Shown: positions 8,473 to 18,079, counted from the stretch's first letter. The stretch is DNA of 64,000 nt from Candidatus Bathyarchaeia archaeon (GCA_049517415.1 JBEKSC010000002.1:32001-96000), one strand, 5' to 3'. Notes: generated by a model not told the origin, from the letters alone. Program-made: numbers and translations.

Positions 8473-9582
8473 TCAATTTGCACCTCCAAAGCGGGAAATA
8501 TTAGAATACCCAGTTGTCGAGTGAACCCGCTGGCTTTCATGCGCCGACAACTTAGCTTCTAGGCTATCCCGAGTTAGCAGGCCTTTTTCTGTGATGAAAC
8601 CTGTTACAAGCTCGACTGGTGTGAGGTCAAATGCGGGGTTGAAGACTGGAACACCTTTCGGTACAATTCGTTTTCCTCCTATGTGAGTGACTTCTTGCGG
8701 GCTCCTTTCCTCGATTCTTACCTCAGACTGCTCGGTCTTAAGGTCGAAGGTTGAGGAGGGTGCAACAACGTAGAACGGAATCTGGTTTGCTTTCGCTGCC
8801 AGCGAAATAAGATAGGTACCAACCTTATTGGCGACGAACCTCTTTGTGATTCTGTCCGCACCTACGAAGACGCTTTGTACCATGCCCCTACTCATCACGT
8901 ATCCAGCGGCCCCGTCAACAATTAGTGTCACAGGGATTCCGTCCCGGAGAAGTTCGTAGGTCGTTAATTTTGCTCCCTGGAGCCTAGGCCGCGTTTCAGT
9001 AGCAATCACACGAACTCTTTTGCCCTGCCCGATCGCTGTGCGAATCGGAGCGATGGCTGTGCCGTAACTGACAGTCGCGAGCGTTCCAGTATTACAGTGG
9101 GTTAGGACTTGATCGCCGTCGTTAATCAGTCCGGCGCCATATTCGCCGATTTTTCGGCTTGCCTGAACATCTTCCTCAGCCATTTTCTGAGCCTCGGCGA
9201 CGATGTGAGATGCTACTTCGTTCGGTCCCCCCGCTGTTTGTCGAGCTTCTCGAAGGATTCTATCAATAGCCCAGAACAGGTTCCTTGCTGTTGGGCGACT
9301 CTTTCGAAGTGCTTCCGCCGCTGTTTCAAGGTCCTGCATGAAATGTTCTTTGTCTTTCGTTCTGCTCGCGTTGGCGGCGAGGGCGAGCCCCATGGCCGCG
9401 GCGATGCCTATTGCCGGAGCACCTCGGACAGTCATTTCTCTTATGGCCTTGGCAACCTGGCGGTAATCTTTGAAGGATACGTAGGCAAACTTGTAGGGTA
9501 ATCTTGTTTGGTCTATCATTCTCACTCGGCCGCCAACCCACTCGACTGTTCTTAGTTCGGACATCGGCCGCAAGTAATCCAC
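8473..9582 (-). CDS. mtnA: S-methyl-5-thioribose-1-phosphate isomerase (eIF2B-like)
   Basis: VRGAPAIG, RPTARNL, LTHCNTG, ETRPRLQG, GADRI, NKVGTY, NPAFDLTP. Confidence 0.9.
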   Translation of the reverse strand: MDYLRPMSELRTVEWVGGRVRMIDQTRLPYKFAYVSFKDYRQVAKAIREMTVRGAPAIGIAAAMGLALAANASRTKDKEHFMQDLETAAEALRKSRPTARNLFWAIDRILREARQTAGGPNEVASHIVAEAQKMAEEDVQASRKIGEYGAGLINDGDQVLTHCNTGTLATVSYGTAIAPIRTAIGQGKRVRVIATETRPRLQGAKLTTYELLRDGIPVTLIVDGAAGYVMSRGMVQSVFVGADRITKRFVANKVGTYLISLAAKANQIPFYVVAPSSTFDLKTEQSEVRIEERSPQEVTHIGGKRIVPKGVPVFNPAFDLTPVELVTGFITEKGLLTRDSLEAKLSAHESQRVHSTTGYSNISRFGGAN

Positions 9583-9772
9583 CTGTTGACGAGAATGGTC
9601 GTGCGCGTTGAATTAGCTTTCCCATGCGAATCAATACCATGACTCTTTGCGAGGTTCAATTTCAAAGAAGTTCTGTTTGGGGATGCTTACGGAGTGAATT
9701 ATCGCTCGCTGGTGCTCTTGGTCGCAAAAGCATTAAGGGATGATGTACCAGCGGTGAGTCGAGTGCCCTTTC

Positions 9773-10336
9773 ATGGAGAACAACCTCGGCTCAACACCTC
9801 AAGCTCCCGCGCAGGTCCAAGAAAAACCGCCGTTTACCCCTTGGAACGCGGTGTCCGGTCCGCGTTTGGTATACATACCCTATAAATCTGAACTCATGGA
9901 GTTAAGGGACCGAGGATTTGGCGACCTCCGGAAGGACAAGCTTGTCCTTTCTCCGTACGAATCATTCTATCTTCTAGAGAAACAGAAGATTAGAGTGTTT
10001 GCCAAGGATGCAGGCCGGGAGTTGGAGCTTCGAGACTTAGTCCAGAAGTATTCAGTTGACAAACCCGAGATCTGGATCAAGTACTTGGTGTACCGTGACC
10101 TACGGGAGCGTGGGTACATAGTCCGTGAGTCCACTAGGGCCTTCGATTTTGACATTTACGGAAAAGGGCCGCTGAGGCGTTTAATCTCAATCGTATACGA
10201 AGGCGGCGAAGCGAGCCTTCGTAAATTAAGTAAACTGCTTCAATATTCTGACAAAGAGAAGAAGGAGTTGATACTAGCCGTCGTTGATAGGCGGACCGAT
10301 ATTGTGTACTATACGTTGAGTTCGTTGAATGTCTAA
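9773..10336 (+). CDS. endA: tRNA splicing endonuclease subunit (probably the structural beta subunit)
   Basis: LSPYESFYLLE, YLVYRDLRERGYIV, ELILAVVD; no His after DIYGKGP. Confidence 0.8.
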   Translation: MENNLGSTPQAPAQVQEKPPFTPWNAVSGPRLVYIPYKSELMELRDRGFGDLRKDKLVLSPYESFYLLEKQKIRVFAKDAGRELELRDLVQKYSVDKPEIWIKYLVYRDLRERGYIVRESTRAFDFDIYGKGPLRRLISIVYEGGEASLRKLSKLLQYSDKEKKELILAVVDRRTDIVYYTLSSLNV

Positions 10337-10352
10337 CAACAGTTATTGTAGC

Positions 10353-10913
10353 CTACTGGGGCTGCCGCGCGTTGCAGTGGGGACAAATAAGTTCCCCACC
10401 TTGTAGCTGAGCACCGCACTGGACGCAGTACTTGACCTGAGCTACTCCTGTCCCGGGCTGGAGGATTGGTTGTGGTATGACAGCTTCGGCGCCACGATGG
10501 CGGATGGTTCCTCCTAGGGCTCCGCCGAAGGCACCAGCAACCAGATTTGTTAGCAAGATGAAAATGACTGCTTCCTGCAACTGCGATAACGGGGGGGTCG
10601 GCGTGTTTGGGATCGGTATTACTTCGAAGATTAGGAAGATTTGGGAGACGCCAAGGAAGAATGGTGCGTTGAGAATTCCTGCAAGGGCACCAGCCGCTGC
10701 TGCCTGACCAACCCTGCCGTAAAGAACGTATGCAGCGACAATTCCTCCAACGACTGCCCCTATCACTGTCGAGAATTGCAAATCAGTGATGCTTAAAACC
10801 GCGGATAGAAATCCGCCTACAATCAGGCCGCTCAACGTTGCAGCCCAGAGGTCTTTGCTTTTGGTGGACAAAGTAGTTCGAATTGCCAGAATTCCCGCTT
10901 CGCTATAAAGCAT
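10353..10913 (-). CDS. Gly-rich membrane protein with C-terminal zinc ribbon
   Basis: About 4 TM helices; YCVQCG...CPHCN. Confidence 0.7.
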   Translation of the reverse strand: MLYSEAGILAIRTTLSTKSKDLWAATLSGLIVGGFLSAVLSITDLQFSTVIGAVVGGIVAAYVLYGRVGQAAAAGALAGILNAPFFLGVSQIFLIFEVIPIPNTPTPPLSQLQEAVIFILLTNLVAGAFGGALGGTIRHRGAEAVIPQPILQPGTGVAQVKYCVQCGAQLQGGELICPHCNARQPQ

Positions 10914-10992
10914 TGTACCTTCGATGTCTCGAATTTAACTCACAACATTATAGGAGAGGCTCTCGCTACTGCGAAGGCTAGCGTGTTGAAAC

Positions 10993-12306
10993 TTGACCGC
11001 AAAAGCGTTCACGCTCCCGCGGGGCATTAGAGATACGGACTCAGTGGAGATGAATCAAAGGCTTTGGCTCTATGGTAAGATACGTGATGTGGTCCGCAGA
11101 TACGGGTTCCAAATGGTTGAACCTGCAACGATTGAGAACCTCAATACTCTTGAAGCCAAGAGTGGCCCAGCGATACGGAATGAGATTTACTGGTTCAAGG
11201 ATAAGGGCGGGAGAAGCCTTGGCCTTCGCTTCGACCTCACCGTCGGCATAGCAAGGATGGTCGCGAACCGATCCGACCTACCCGAGCCTATGAAATTCGC
11301 CACAATTGGCGGGAACTGGCGCTATGATGAGCCACAATACGGGAGATATCGCTACTTCACCCAATGGGACGTAGAAATCTTCGGCTCAGAAAGTCCTTTG
11401 GCAGATGCAGAGGTGATCTGTGTCGGGGCAGACATCCTAAGCAGCGTCGGGTTGAAAGACTGCATTATCAGAATTAGCAACAGGAAACTCACAGAAGCTT
11501 ACCTCAAGCAATTGGGCATCAAATCGGGCAAGAGACTGGATCAGTGCCTTAGGATCATCGATAAGCTCAGAAAGGCTAACCGCGAGCAACTGGAAAAAGA
11601 GTTCCAAGCTGCTAAGATCGGGAAAGAAGCAGTAAAGGAAATTTTCTCGTTCATCTCCCTGAACGGGTCTCCAGCAAGTGTCCTTGCGAAGCTGAACAGT
11701 TTCACTTTCACTGAAGAGAATGCCAAGAAAGGTTTGGAGGAGTTGACGAATCTAGCAGACGCCCTAGCATCATTAGGGCGTTTAGGGATCTGTGTATATG
11801 ACCTTAGCATAGTGCGCGGAATTGGATACTACGACGGAATTGTCTTCGAAGCTTTCGATAAGGGTGGGGAAGGCGTTGGCTCAATCTTCGGTGGCGGGAG
11901 ATACGACCGGTTGTGCAGAATATATGGAAAGCGTGACATACCAGCAACCGGCGTGGCGGGTGGGATCGAGCGCCTAATGATTTCACTGGAACGAGACAAC
12001 CTGTTTCCGAAGGGCCCTATGGGTGCCAAGGTCTTCATCGCTACGGTCCAAGAAGGCCTCAAGCACGAAGCAACGAAGCTGGCACAAAAGCTTCGAGATA
12101 ACGGAATCGCAACCGAGGTTGACTTGAAGACACGCCCTTTGGGCAAGCAGTTAGAATACGCGAACGCAGCTAAGATCCCATTCTTGATAGTGCTCGGCCC
12201 ACAGGAACTTCAAACCCAAACCGTCAAAGTTAAGGAAATGGCCACTCGAAACGAGATGCCCGTACCCCTCGACGCTCTTGTGGAAAAGCTCCAGTCTTTG
12301 AATTAG
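10993..12306 (+). CDS. hisS: Histidine--tRNA ligase
   Basis: PRGIRD, LRFDLT, RYDEPQYGRYR, RGIGYYDG, GGGRYD, GIERL; anticodon-binding domain. Confidence 0.97.
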   Translation: MTAKAFTLPRGIRDTDSVEMNQRLWLYGKIRDVVRRYGFQMVEPATIENLNTLEAKSGPAIRNEIYWFKDKGGRSLGLRFDLTVGIARMVANRSDLPEPMKFATIGGNWRYDEPQYGRYRYFTQWDVEIFGSESPLADAEVICVGADILSSVGLKDCIIRISNRKLTEAYLKQLGIKSGKRLDQCLRIIDKLRKANREQLEKEFQAAKIGKEAVKEIFSFISLNGSPASVLAKLNSFTFTEENAKKGLEELTNLADALASLGRLGICVYDLSIVRGIGYYDGIVFEAFDKGGEGVGSIFGGGRYDRLCRIYGKRDIPATGVAGGIERLMISLERDNLFPKGPMGAKVFIATVQEGLKHEATKLAQKLRDNGIATEVDLKTRPLGKQLEYANAAKIPFLIVLGPQELQTQTVKVKEMATRNEMPVPLDALVEKLQSLN

Positions 12307-12731
12307 TCGCCGCCGATGAAGACTTCTTTCTCATTGGACTGCAAGATTGCAGTTAGAGTTGCCCGTTCACCGACTAAATCTCGCATTGAAACAACTCCAA
12401 TTGGTTTCCCCTGCTCATCGACCACTACGACGTGTCTTATCCTATTCTTGTTCATCGCTTTGGCCGCCTCAGCCACGTCCGAGCTGGCTTTTGCGGTAAT
12501 AACATGTTTCGTACTCACTTCGTCCACTGCTGCGTTCAGCGTTTTTCCCGATGCTATGGCTTTCATTATGTCCCTTTCCGAGATTACGCCGACGAGTTTT
12601 GTTCCTTCTTTTGCGTCGCATATGACTAGGAGGCCCATGTTGTTGTCCACCATGAGTTTTGCTGCGTCGAGCATTGTCGTGCCCGAGGGAATCGCGACTA
12701 TAGGCCGTTGCAGAATATGCTCAAGCTTCAT
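12303..12731 (-). CDS. CBS-domain protein
   Basis: GVISERDI, IRHVVVVD...GVVSMRDL. Confidence 0.9.
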   Translation of the reverse strand: MKLEHILQRPIVAIPSGTTMLDAAKLMVDNNMGLLVICDAKEGTKLVGVISERDIMKAIASGKTLNAAVDEVSTKHVITAKASSDVAEAAKAMNKNRIRHVVVVDEQGKPIGVVSMRDLVGERATLTAILQSNEKEVFIGGD

Positions 12732-13903
12732 GCTTGCTGATCCTCCTCTCTACCAAGCCTGGAACCCATCGGAGTATAAGGTAAACCTGTTTTCCCGATG
12801 TAGAGAGCTTTAGGTCGAATCAGCCTGTTAGCTTTCAAGTATTCAATTGAGTGCGCCGTCCAACCTGCAATTCTGCTCATCGCGAAGATCGGCGTGAACA
12901 GGTCAGTAGGGATTCCCAATATGTGGAAGACAATACCCGAGTATGAGTCAACGTTCGGAAAAATCGGTAAACCTGCAAGGTGTTTAAGGGCGCTGGCCTC
13001 AATCGCGCTGGCGGTATCAAATAACTTAGTCTGATTCCGCTTTACTGCAAGTTCCCCACCGAGTTTCTTGAGAATAACGTACCTGGGATCCCAAGTCTTG
13101 TACACTCGATGGCCAAAGCCCATGATCTTTTTCTTTTGAGCCAGAGCTTCAACAACATAGCCTTCAGCTCTGGAAGGGTCACCAACCTCGATGACCGTTT
13201 GGAGAGCAACCTCATTTGCCCCGCCGTGAAGAGGCCCCCTCAATGTCGCAATACCAGAGGTAATTATGGAGTACATGTCAGCCAAGGTTGAAGCCGTCAC
13301 CGTGCATGAGAAGGTTGATGCGTTCATTTCATGTTCCGCGTGGAGGATCAGAGCGACGTCCATGACATGGGCATCATATGGATCAGGCTCTTTCCCCGTC
13401 AGCATGTATAGGAAGTCTGCAGCGTGGCTCAAACCCTGCTTGGGTAAAACAGGGTCCTTTCGGTTTCTGATTCGGTCAAATGCTGCAATGATCGCTGGCG
13501 TTCTCGCTAAAATTCTGAGCGCCTTGTCGACTCGACCCTCGATGCTATCCGTCGTTGGTTGGGGGTCGTACAAGCCGAGGGCTGAAACTGATGTTCGCAA
13601 AACGTCCATCGGATCGCCTTTGATGGGAAGTGACAGAATTAATTGTGATATCTCAGGTTCAAGGGATCGATAAGATTCGATTCGCCCATTGAATTCTGCC
13701 AACTGGGATTTTGTTGGAAGCCAGCCGTATATTAGAAGGTAGGCAGTTTCCTCGAAGGTAGCATGCTCAGCCAAGTCTTCGATGCTGTAGCCTCTGTAGA
13801 AGAGTTTGCTGGCCTCACCATCAATGAAGCAGATCTTACTCTCCTTCACGTACACGTTGTCGAGCCCTTTGTGGATGACGACGGGTTCTCTTACGAGAGA
13901 CAA
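12728..13903 (-). CDS. gltA: Citrate (or 2-methylcitrate) synthase
   Basis: HAEHEMNAST, GPLHGGA, MGFGHRVYK, PNVD. Confidence 0.93.
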   Translation of the reverse strand: MSLVREPVVIHKGLDNVYVKESKICFIDGEASKLFYRGYSIEDLAEHATFEETAYLLIYGWLPTKSQLAEFNGRIESYRSLEPEISQLILSLPIKGDPMDVLRTSVSALGLYDPQPTTDSIEGRVDKALRILARTPAIIAAFDRIRNRKDPVLPKQGLSHAADFLYMLTGKEPDPYDAHVMDVALILHAEHEMNASTFSCTVTASTLADMYSIITSGIATLRGPLHGGANEVALQTVIEVGDPSRAEGYVVEALAQKKKIMGFGHRVYKTWDPRYVILKKLGGELAVKRNQTKLFDTASAIEASALKHLAGLPIFPNVDSYSGIVFHILGIPTDLFTPIFAMSRIAGWTAHSIEYLKANRLIRPKALYIGKTGLPYTPMGSRLGREEDQQA

Positions 13904-13993
13904 TCTGACCTGAACGGGCTCCCACGAGGTTCTTTATACAAATTGCCCAGTACAGACAAGGGAGCCTTGAGGAGCCTTTGAGTGATTCAATGG

Positions 13994-14728
13994 TTAGACG
14001 ATGCTGATTGTGCCGTCTCCAGTGAACCAAAAGGGCGGACTGTAGACCGAATCAAGAGGATCGCTCGATTCCAACCTGCTGAAGGGCGAGACGGTATTGT
14101 ATACGGAAGCGAATACGGAATTGCCGCTTGCTAGGTAGTAGAACAGAGCGCCAGTCAAGTCGTCGATTTGTCCGAAAGCGAGGGTGATGCGTCCATTGCA
14201 AGAGATTACAGCCTTAACGCCTGCATTAATGAAATAGCTGGCAATGAGGACTGAATTTGATGACATCAACACTACCAATTTGACGTTCTCTAGAGAATCC
14301 GCCTGCAAATGTTCGCTCAGGAATTGAATACTAATGCCGAGGATTCCAGCATTCTGATTAACTCGCCCCTGCTCGAAGTCATCCGCGTATTTCCGTTCGG
14401 CAGCTAGATTGACGGTCTGTCCGACGTACCAGTAAGTTCTGTGTGCGAATGAATACGTATTCGTGCGCCAGACGATCACATCGTAGTTGTTCAGTTGAGT
14501 CGTGAGGAAGTCAAGTGTCACAGCAGAGCTGGAAAGGAAACTCACTTGATACCCAACGTGAGCTAAATCGTATTTGAGCGTCGTGGCATAGTAGCCCATA
14601 GGGGCTAGTGCATCGAGCGAAGAGAGGATCACGGCCTTGCGCTCTGGTTGGGCCTGAACCGGCGCGATCGCTACCAACGCCAATGAAACTAGGACCAACA
14701 TAAACGCAGCATGTAACCTTCGTTGCAA
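13994..14728 (-). CDS. Secreted hypothetical protein
   Basis: Long ORF; signal peptide MQRRLHAAFMLVLVSLALVAIAPVQA from TTG 14728 (ORF track extends to 14854). Confidence 0.65.
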   Translation of the reverse strand: MQRRLHAAFMLVLVSLALVAIAPVQAQPERKAVILSSLDALAPMGYYATTLKYDLAHVGYQVSFLSSSAVTLDFLTTQLNNYDVIVWRTNTYSFAHRTYWYVGQTVNLAAERKYADDFEQGRVNQNAGILGISIQFLSEHLQADSLENVKLVVLMSSNSVLIASYFINAGVKAVISCNGRITLAFGQIDDLTGALFYYLASGNSVFASVYNTVSPFSRLESSDPLDSVYSPPFWFTGDGTISIV

Positions 14729-15253
14729 ATTCCTACAGCTACGCGGCCACGAAGGATTCTGTGAGATAAAAGGTGCCTTAGCCAAGTGACAAATGCAAGT
14801 AAAAGACATGCCATAATTCTTTCCGGAGTTACTTCTAGAATGCAAGAACGCCATGGACGCGAGTACGACAATGCCTTCAGTTTGCCATCCGCTTTCCAGT
14901 CATTTCTCATTGCAAGGCCGCCATCGCGGCCAGAACGGTTTCTTGCCATTATCGTCTCTTGGGATAAATGTGAAATTCACTTACTGAAACGAATAAGCAA
15001 TAGCCGGATCACGACTAGGATGCTTCGCGAAAAATCGTGTCCCATGCGAGGTTGAATGTTCCAAAACACCAGTAAGCTGCTCCGTAGGCGTTGCTTAAGT
15101 AGGCTCCTCAAAAAGTGCAAATCAAACCGCCGAGGCATTTCCATCTCCATAGAATGGAGACATGGTGTTTCGGATTATGATTAATGGGTGCCCCTCCATT
15201 AGACTGAAACATTAATATACGTAAAATGGTACACCAGTGTTTCGGCGCCCGAC

Positions 15254-15733
15254 ATGTCCCAAGCTTTCACAACGAAACCCCTTACCACAGACAACGAGAT
15301 ACTTTGGGCAACCTTCACGCATGACCAAAGCCTCTTCAACGCCCCTCGACTCACAATAGTGCTACCAAACCACTTAACAGACCTAAGCCTGAACCTCGAA
15401 AAGCTCTCAAAGAAAATAACCGGCCGCATACCACTAATCGTCGGGGACTTCCTCGACAACCTGCTTTCTGTTTCATCGGCTCCAGCAGGGCTCTACTCCT
15501 TCCTTTGCAAACTCTTCACGGGAATTGGAACAAACGGGCAGACCGGTTTCTTCCTAGCGACAGAGGATATGCACGACTCAAAGAAAACTGCGATTCTCAA
15601 GAGATTCGCTGACGTTGTCATCGAATACCGGGCAATACAAGAAATAGCCAACTACCGGCTTGAGGCTCGAATCCTCGACCAAGCACAAAACCATTACAGT
15701 ACATGGGACAGCAGCGAAAACTCGGATTCATAA
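15254..15733 (+). CDS. RAD55/KaiC-like ATPase C-terminal portion lacking Walker A (possibly truncated)
   Basis: DLSLNL...IVGDFLDNL...EDMHD...FADVVIEY pattern of RecA-superfamily DUF835/RAD55-like domains. Confidence 0.5.
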   Translation: MSQAFTTKPLTTDNEILWATFTHDQSLFNAPRLTIVLPNHLTDLSLNLEKLSKKITGRIPLIVGDFLDNLLSVSSAPAGLYSFLCKLFTGIGTNGQTGFFLATEDMHDSKKTAILKRFADVVIEYRAIQEIANYRLEARILDQAQNHYSTWDSSENSDS

Positions 15734-15866
15734 TATGAAGACCAACCTTTCCTAAGCAACCAGCTCTCTAAGATCGGGCGCCAGCCAAACCTCCTCCGAA
15801 AGCCTATCCCGGCTTGTTCTGAAGCTCCAAGCGCATCCTGAAGCTTCGAGAGAACTTTTCGGCCAC

Positions 15867-17603
15867 TCACGCGGTTCTTATCGAGGCTGCTTCCTCCAAC
15901 CCTAGTTCCTTAGTCGAAATCTCTCGCATCTTGAATTTTTGGACCTTCCCCGTAACCGTCATGGGAAACGTTTCTGTGAACTTGAAATATGCTGGAACCT
16001 TGAAGTAGGCAATTCTAGTTTTGCAGAATTCCTGCAACTCCTCGGCAGTGGCTGTCTCGCCCGGTTTCAACTTAACCCAAGCCATAACCTCTTCTCCGTA
16101 CTTCCGACTGGGAATGCCGATTACCTGCACGTCAGAAATCTTAGGGTGTGTGTAGAGGAAATCTTCCACCTCCCTGGGGAAAACCTTCTCTCCACCCCGG
16201 CTAATCATGTCCTTCGTGCGCCCAACAATGTTCACATAACCATTCGGTTGCATGAGTGCGAGGTCCCCCGTATGCATCCACCCCTCCCGGTCAATGGCTT
16301 CCCGCGTGGCTTCCGGATTGCTCCAGTACTTCAGCATCACGAGGTAACCACGTACGCAAAGCTCGCCAGCTGTCCCACGTGGGACGGTACGGTTGGTTAG
16401 TGGTTCAATGACCCTTGCTTCGACATGTGGAAGTGGGCGGCCGACCGTTGATACTCGAAGTTCCAAGGGATCGTCGAGCCGGGTTTGAAATGAAACGGGG
16501 GATGTTTCCGTCATTCCATAACAAATTGTGATCTCACGTATGCCCATGTCCGAGATGACTTTCTTCATGACCTCGACGGGGCACGGCGAACCTGCCATGA
16601 CACCAGTTCTTAGGCTTGACAAGTCGAATTGGTTGAAGTTGGGATCGTTCAGTTCGGCTATGAACATTGTTGGTACGCCGTGAAGCGCCGTACACCTTTC
16701 TTCCTCCACGGTCCGGAGCACGGTTTCTGAGCTGAAGGCATCTGACGGAAGAACCATGGTGGCACCGTGGGTTACGCACGCGAGGTTTCCTAACACCATG
16801 CCAAAACAATGGTAGAAGGGGACTGGGATGCATAGTTTGTCGTGGTGGGTAAATTTCATTTCTTCTCCGACGAAGAAACCGTTATTCAAAATGCCGTAAT
16901 GGGTTAGGGTTGCGCCTTTAGGAAAACCGGTAGTTCCCGAAGTATATTGAATGTTAATGGCATCATAACACTCAAGCATCCTTTCTCTCTCCTTGAGTTC
17001 CCGTGGGGAGGAGTTCATTGTTCCGATTTCTAGAAAACGCTCCCAGGAAAGCATTGAAGGCGGAGAAGGCTCCCCCCCATCGCTGAGTGTTACGATTCGA
17101 CGTAGAGCAGGGACTCGAGCAGCCTTGATTTCTTGGCCAGCTCCTATCTTCGGGAGCTTTCTGATTTCAGGTGCCAGTTCTGTTATCATCCAATGGTAGT
17201 CCGAGGTTTTGAATTGTTTGGCCGTTATGAGGAGGCTTATCCCGGATTGGTTCAGCGCATACTCCAACTCTTGAACTCGGTATGCGGGATTGACGTTGAC
17301 TAGGATCGCCCCAACCTTTGCAGTAGCGAACTGGGTCAGAACCCATTCCGCATTATTTGGCGACCATATACCAACTCGGTCTCCCTTCTGTACGCCGAAA
17401 CCAAGAAGCGCTACGGCGAACTCATCCACCCGCTCCTTCAGTTGGGCGTAGGTCAATCTCAGGCCCTGATGCCTAGAAACGAGCGCTTCTGCATCCTCAT
17501 GCCCCGAAACGACCTCGTCGAAGAGACGCCCAACGGTCTTTTCGATGAGAGGTTTCTCCGTTGGGCCGTGTTCGTAGCTTGGCTCGGGCCCCTTTTCCTT
17601 CAT
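15867..17603 (-). CDS. AMP-binding fatty-acyl-CoA synthetase (ACSF2/YngI-like)
   Basis: [34 protein letters not shown]. Confidence 0.92.
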   Translation of the reverse strand: MKEKGPEPSYEHGPTEKPLIEKTVGRLFDEVVSGHEDAEALVSRHQGLRLTYAQLKERVDEFAVALLGFGVQKGDRVGIWSPNNAEWVLTQFATAKVGAILVNVNPAYRVQELEYALNQSGISLLITAKQFKTSDYHWMITELAPEIRKLPKIGAGQEIKAARVPALRRIVTLSDGGEPSPPSMLSWERFLEIGTMNSSPRELKERERMLECYDAINIQYTSGTTGFPKGATLTHYGILNNGFFVGEEMKFTHHDKLCIPVPFYHCFGMVLGNLACVTHGATMVLPSDAFSSETVLRTVEEERCTALHGVPTMFIAELNDPNFNQFDLSSLRTGVMAGSPCPVEVMKKVISDMGIREITICYGMTETSPVSFQTRLDDPLELRVSTVGRPLPHVEARVIEPLTNRTVPRGTAGELCVRGYLVMLKYWSNPEATREAIDREGWMHTGDLALMQPNGYVNIVGRTKDMISRGGEKVFPREVEDFLYTHPKISDVQVIGIPSRKYGEEVMAWVKLKPGETATAEELQEFCKTRIAYFKVPAYFKFTETFPMTVTGKVQKFKMREISTKELGLEEAASIRTA

Positions 17604-17678
17604 TTGCGGTCGCGTGCCGTTTGGGGCTTGGTGTGAAAGAATAATTCTTGGTACCTTTACTAATTATGGTAAAATTCA

Positions 17679-17827
17679 TGGCGGGCCCGCGGGGATTTGA
17701 ACCCCGGACCTCTGTACCAGTGCTGGGCTGGTTCTACAGCTTTTTCCGGTGTTCCTTAGGGGGTTCGGCAACAAATTCCGCTTTATGTGCGGAGCCTGCC
17801 GCTCTATCCAACCTGAGCTACGGGCCC
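17679..17827 (-). tRNA. tRNA-Arg(CCT) with three introns: 30/31 (17764..17795), 37/38 (17742..17756), 45/46 (17710..17733); C at position 33
   Basis: Spliced GGGCCCG TA GCTC AGGTTGGATA GAGC G GCAGC CC CCT AA GCTGT AGGTC CGGGG TTCAAAT CCCCG CGGGCCC G CCA. Confidence 0.82.
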
Positions 17828-17883
17828 AAGGGTGGAACGCGGCGGGTAAAGTAAAAGGATTAAGGCGCAGCGATTCGAAGAAG

Positions 17884-17889
17884 TTTAAA
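17884..17889 (+). promoter_or_regulatory. Putative TATA box of tRNA-Leu in a divergent tRNA promoter region
   Basis: Purine-rich BRE-like sequence then TTTAAA about 29 nt upstream of 17918. Confidence 0.55.
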
Positions 17890-17917
17890 GAACCAATCGG
17901 ATTTCCTTTGTCTCTGT

Positions 17918-18079
17918 GCGGGGATTCCCGAGCCAGGTCAAAGGGGCAGGACCACCCGGCGCGGTGGGGCCACACTTAAGATCAGAACTTGCCTTGGGAG
18001 ATGAGGAGACATCCTGTGGCGTAGAGCCAGCGGATGGGCGCGTAAGCCTTCAGGGGTTCGAATCCCCTTCCCCGCACCA
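17918..18079 (+). tRNA. tRNA-Leu(TAA) with three introns: 30/31 (17951..17973), 37/38 (17981..18010), variable-arm loop (18025..18045)
   Basis: Spliced GCGGGGA TT CCCGAGCCAGGTCAAAGGG G CAGGA CT TAA GA TCCTG TGGCGTAGGCCTTC AGGGG TTCGAAT CCCCT TCCCCGC A CCA. Confidence 0.92.

Noticed and set aside
12316..12813. Long antisense ORFs opposite the CBS and other conserved genes
   Set aside because: Antisense shadows of well-supported genes
17786..17800. Reading the gene as tRNA-Arg(CCG)
   Set aside because: Gives a G31-G39 mismatch and no valid BHB; the CCT reading has a paired stem
17981..18010. C/D-box guide inside the Leu intron (ATGAGGA, CAGA)
   Set aside because: Boxes are degenerate and the intron is too short for guide regions
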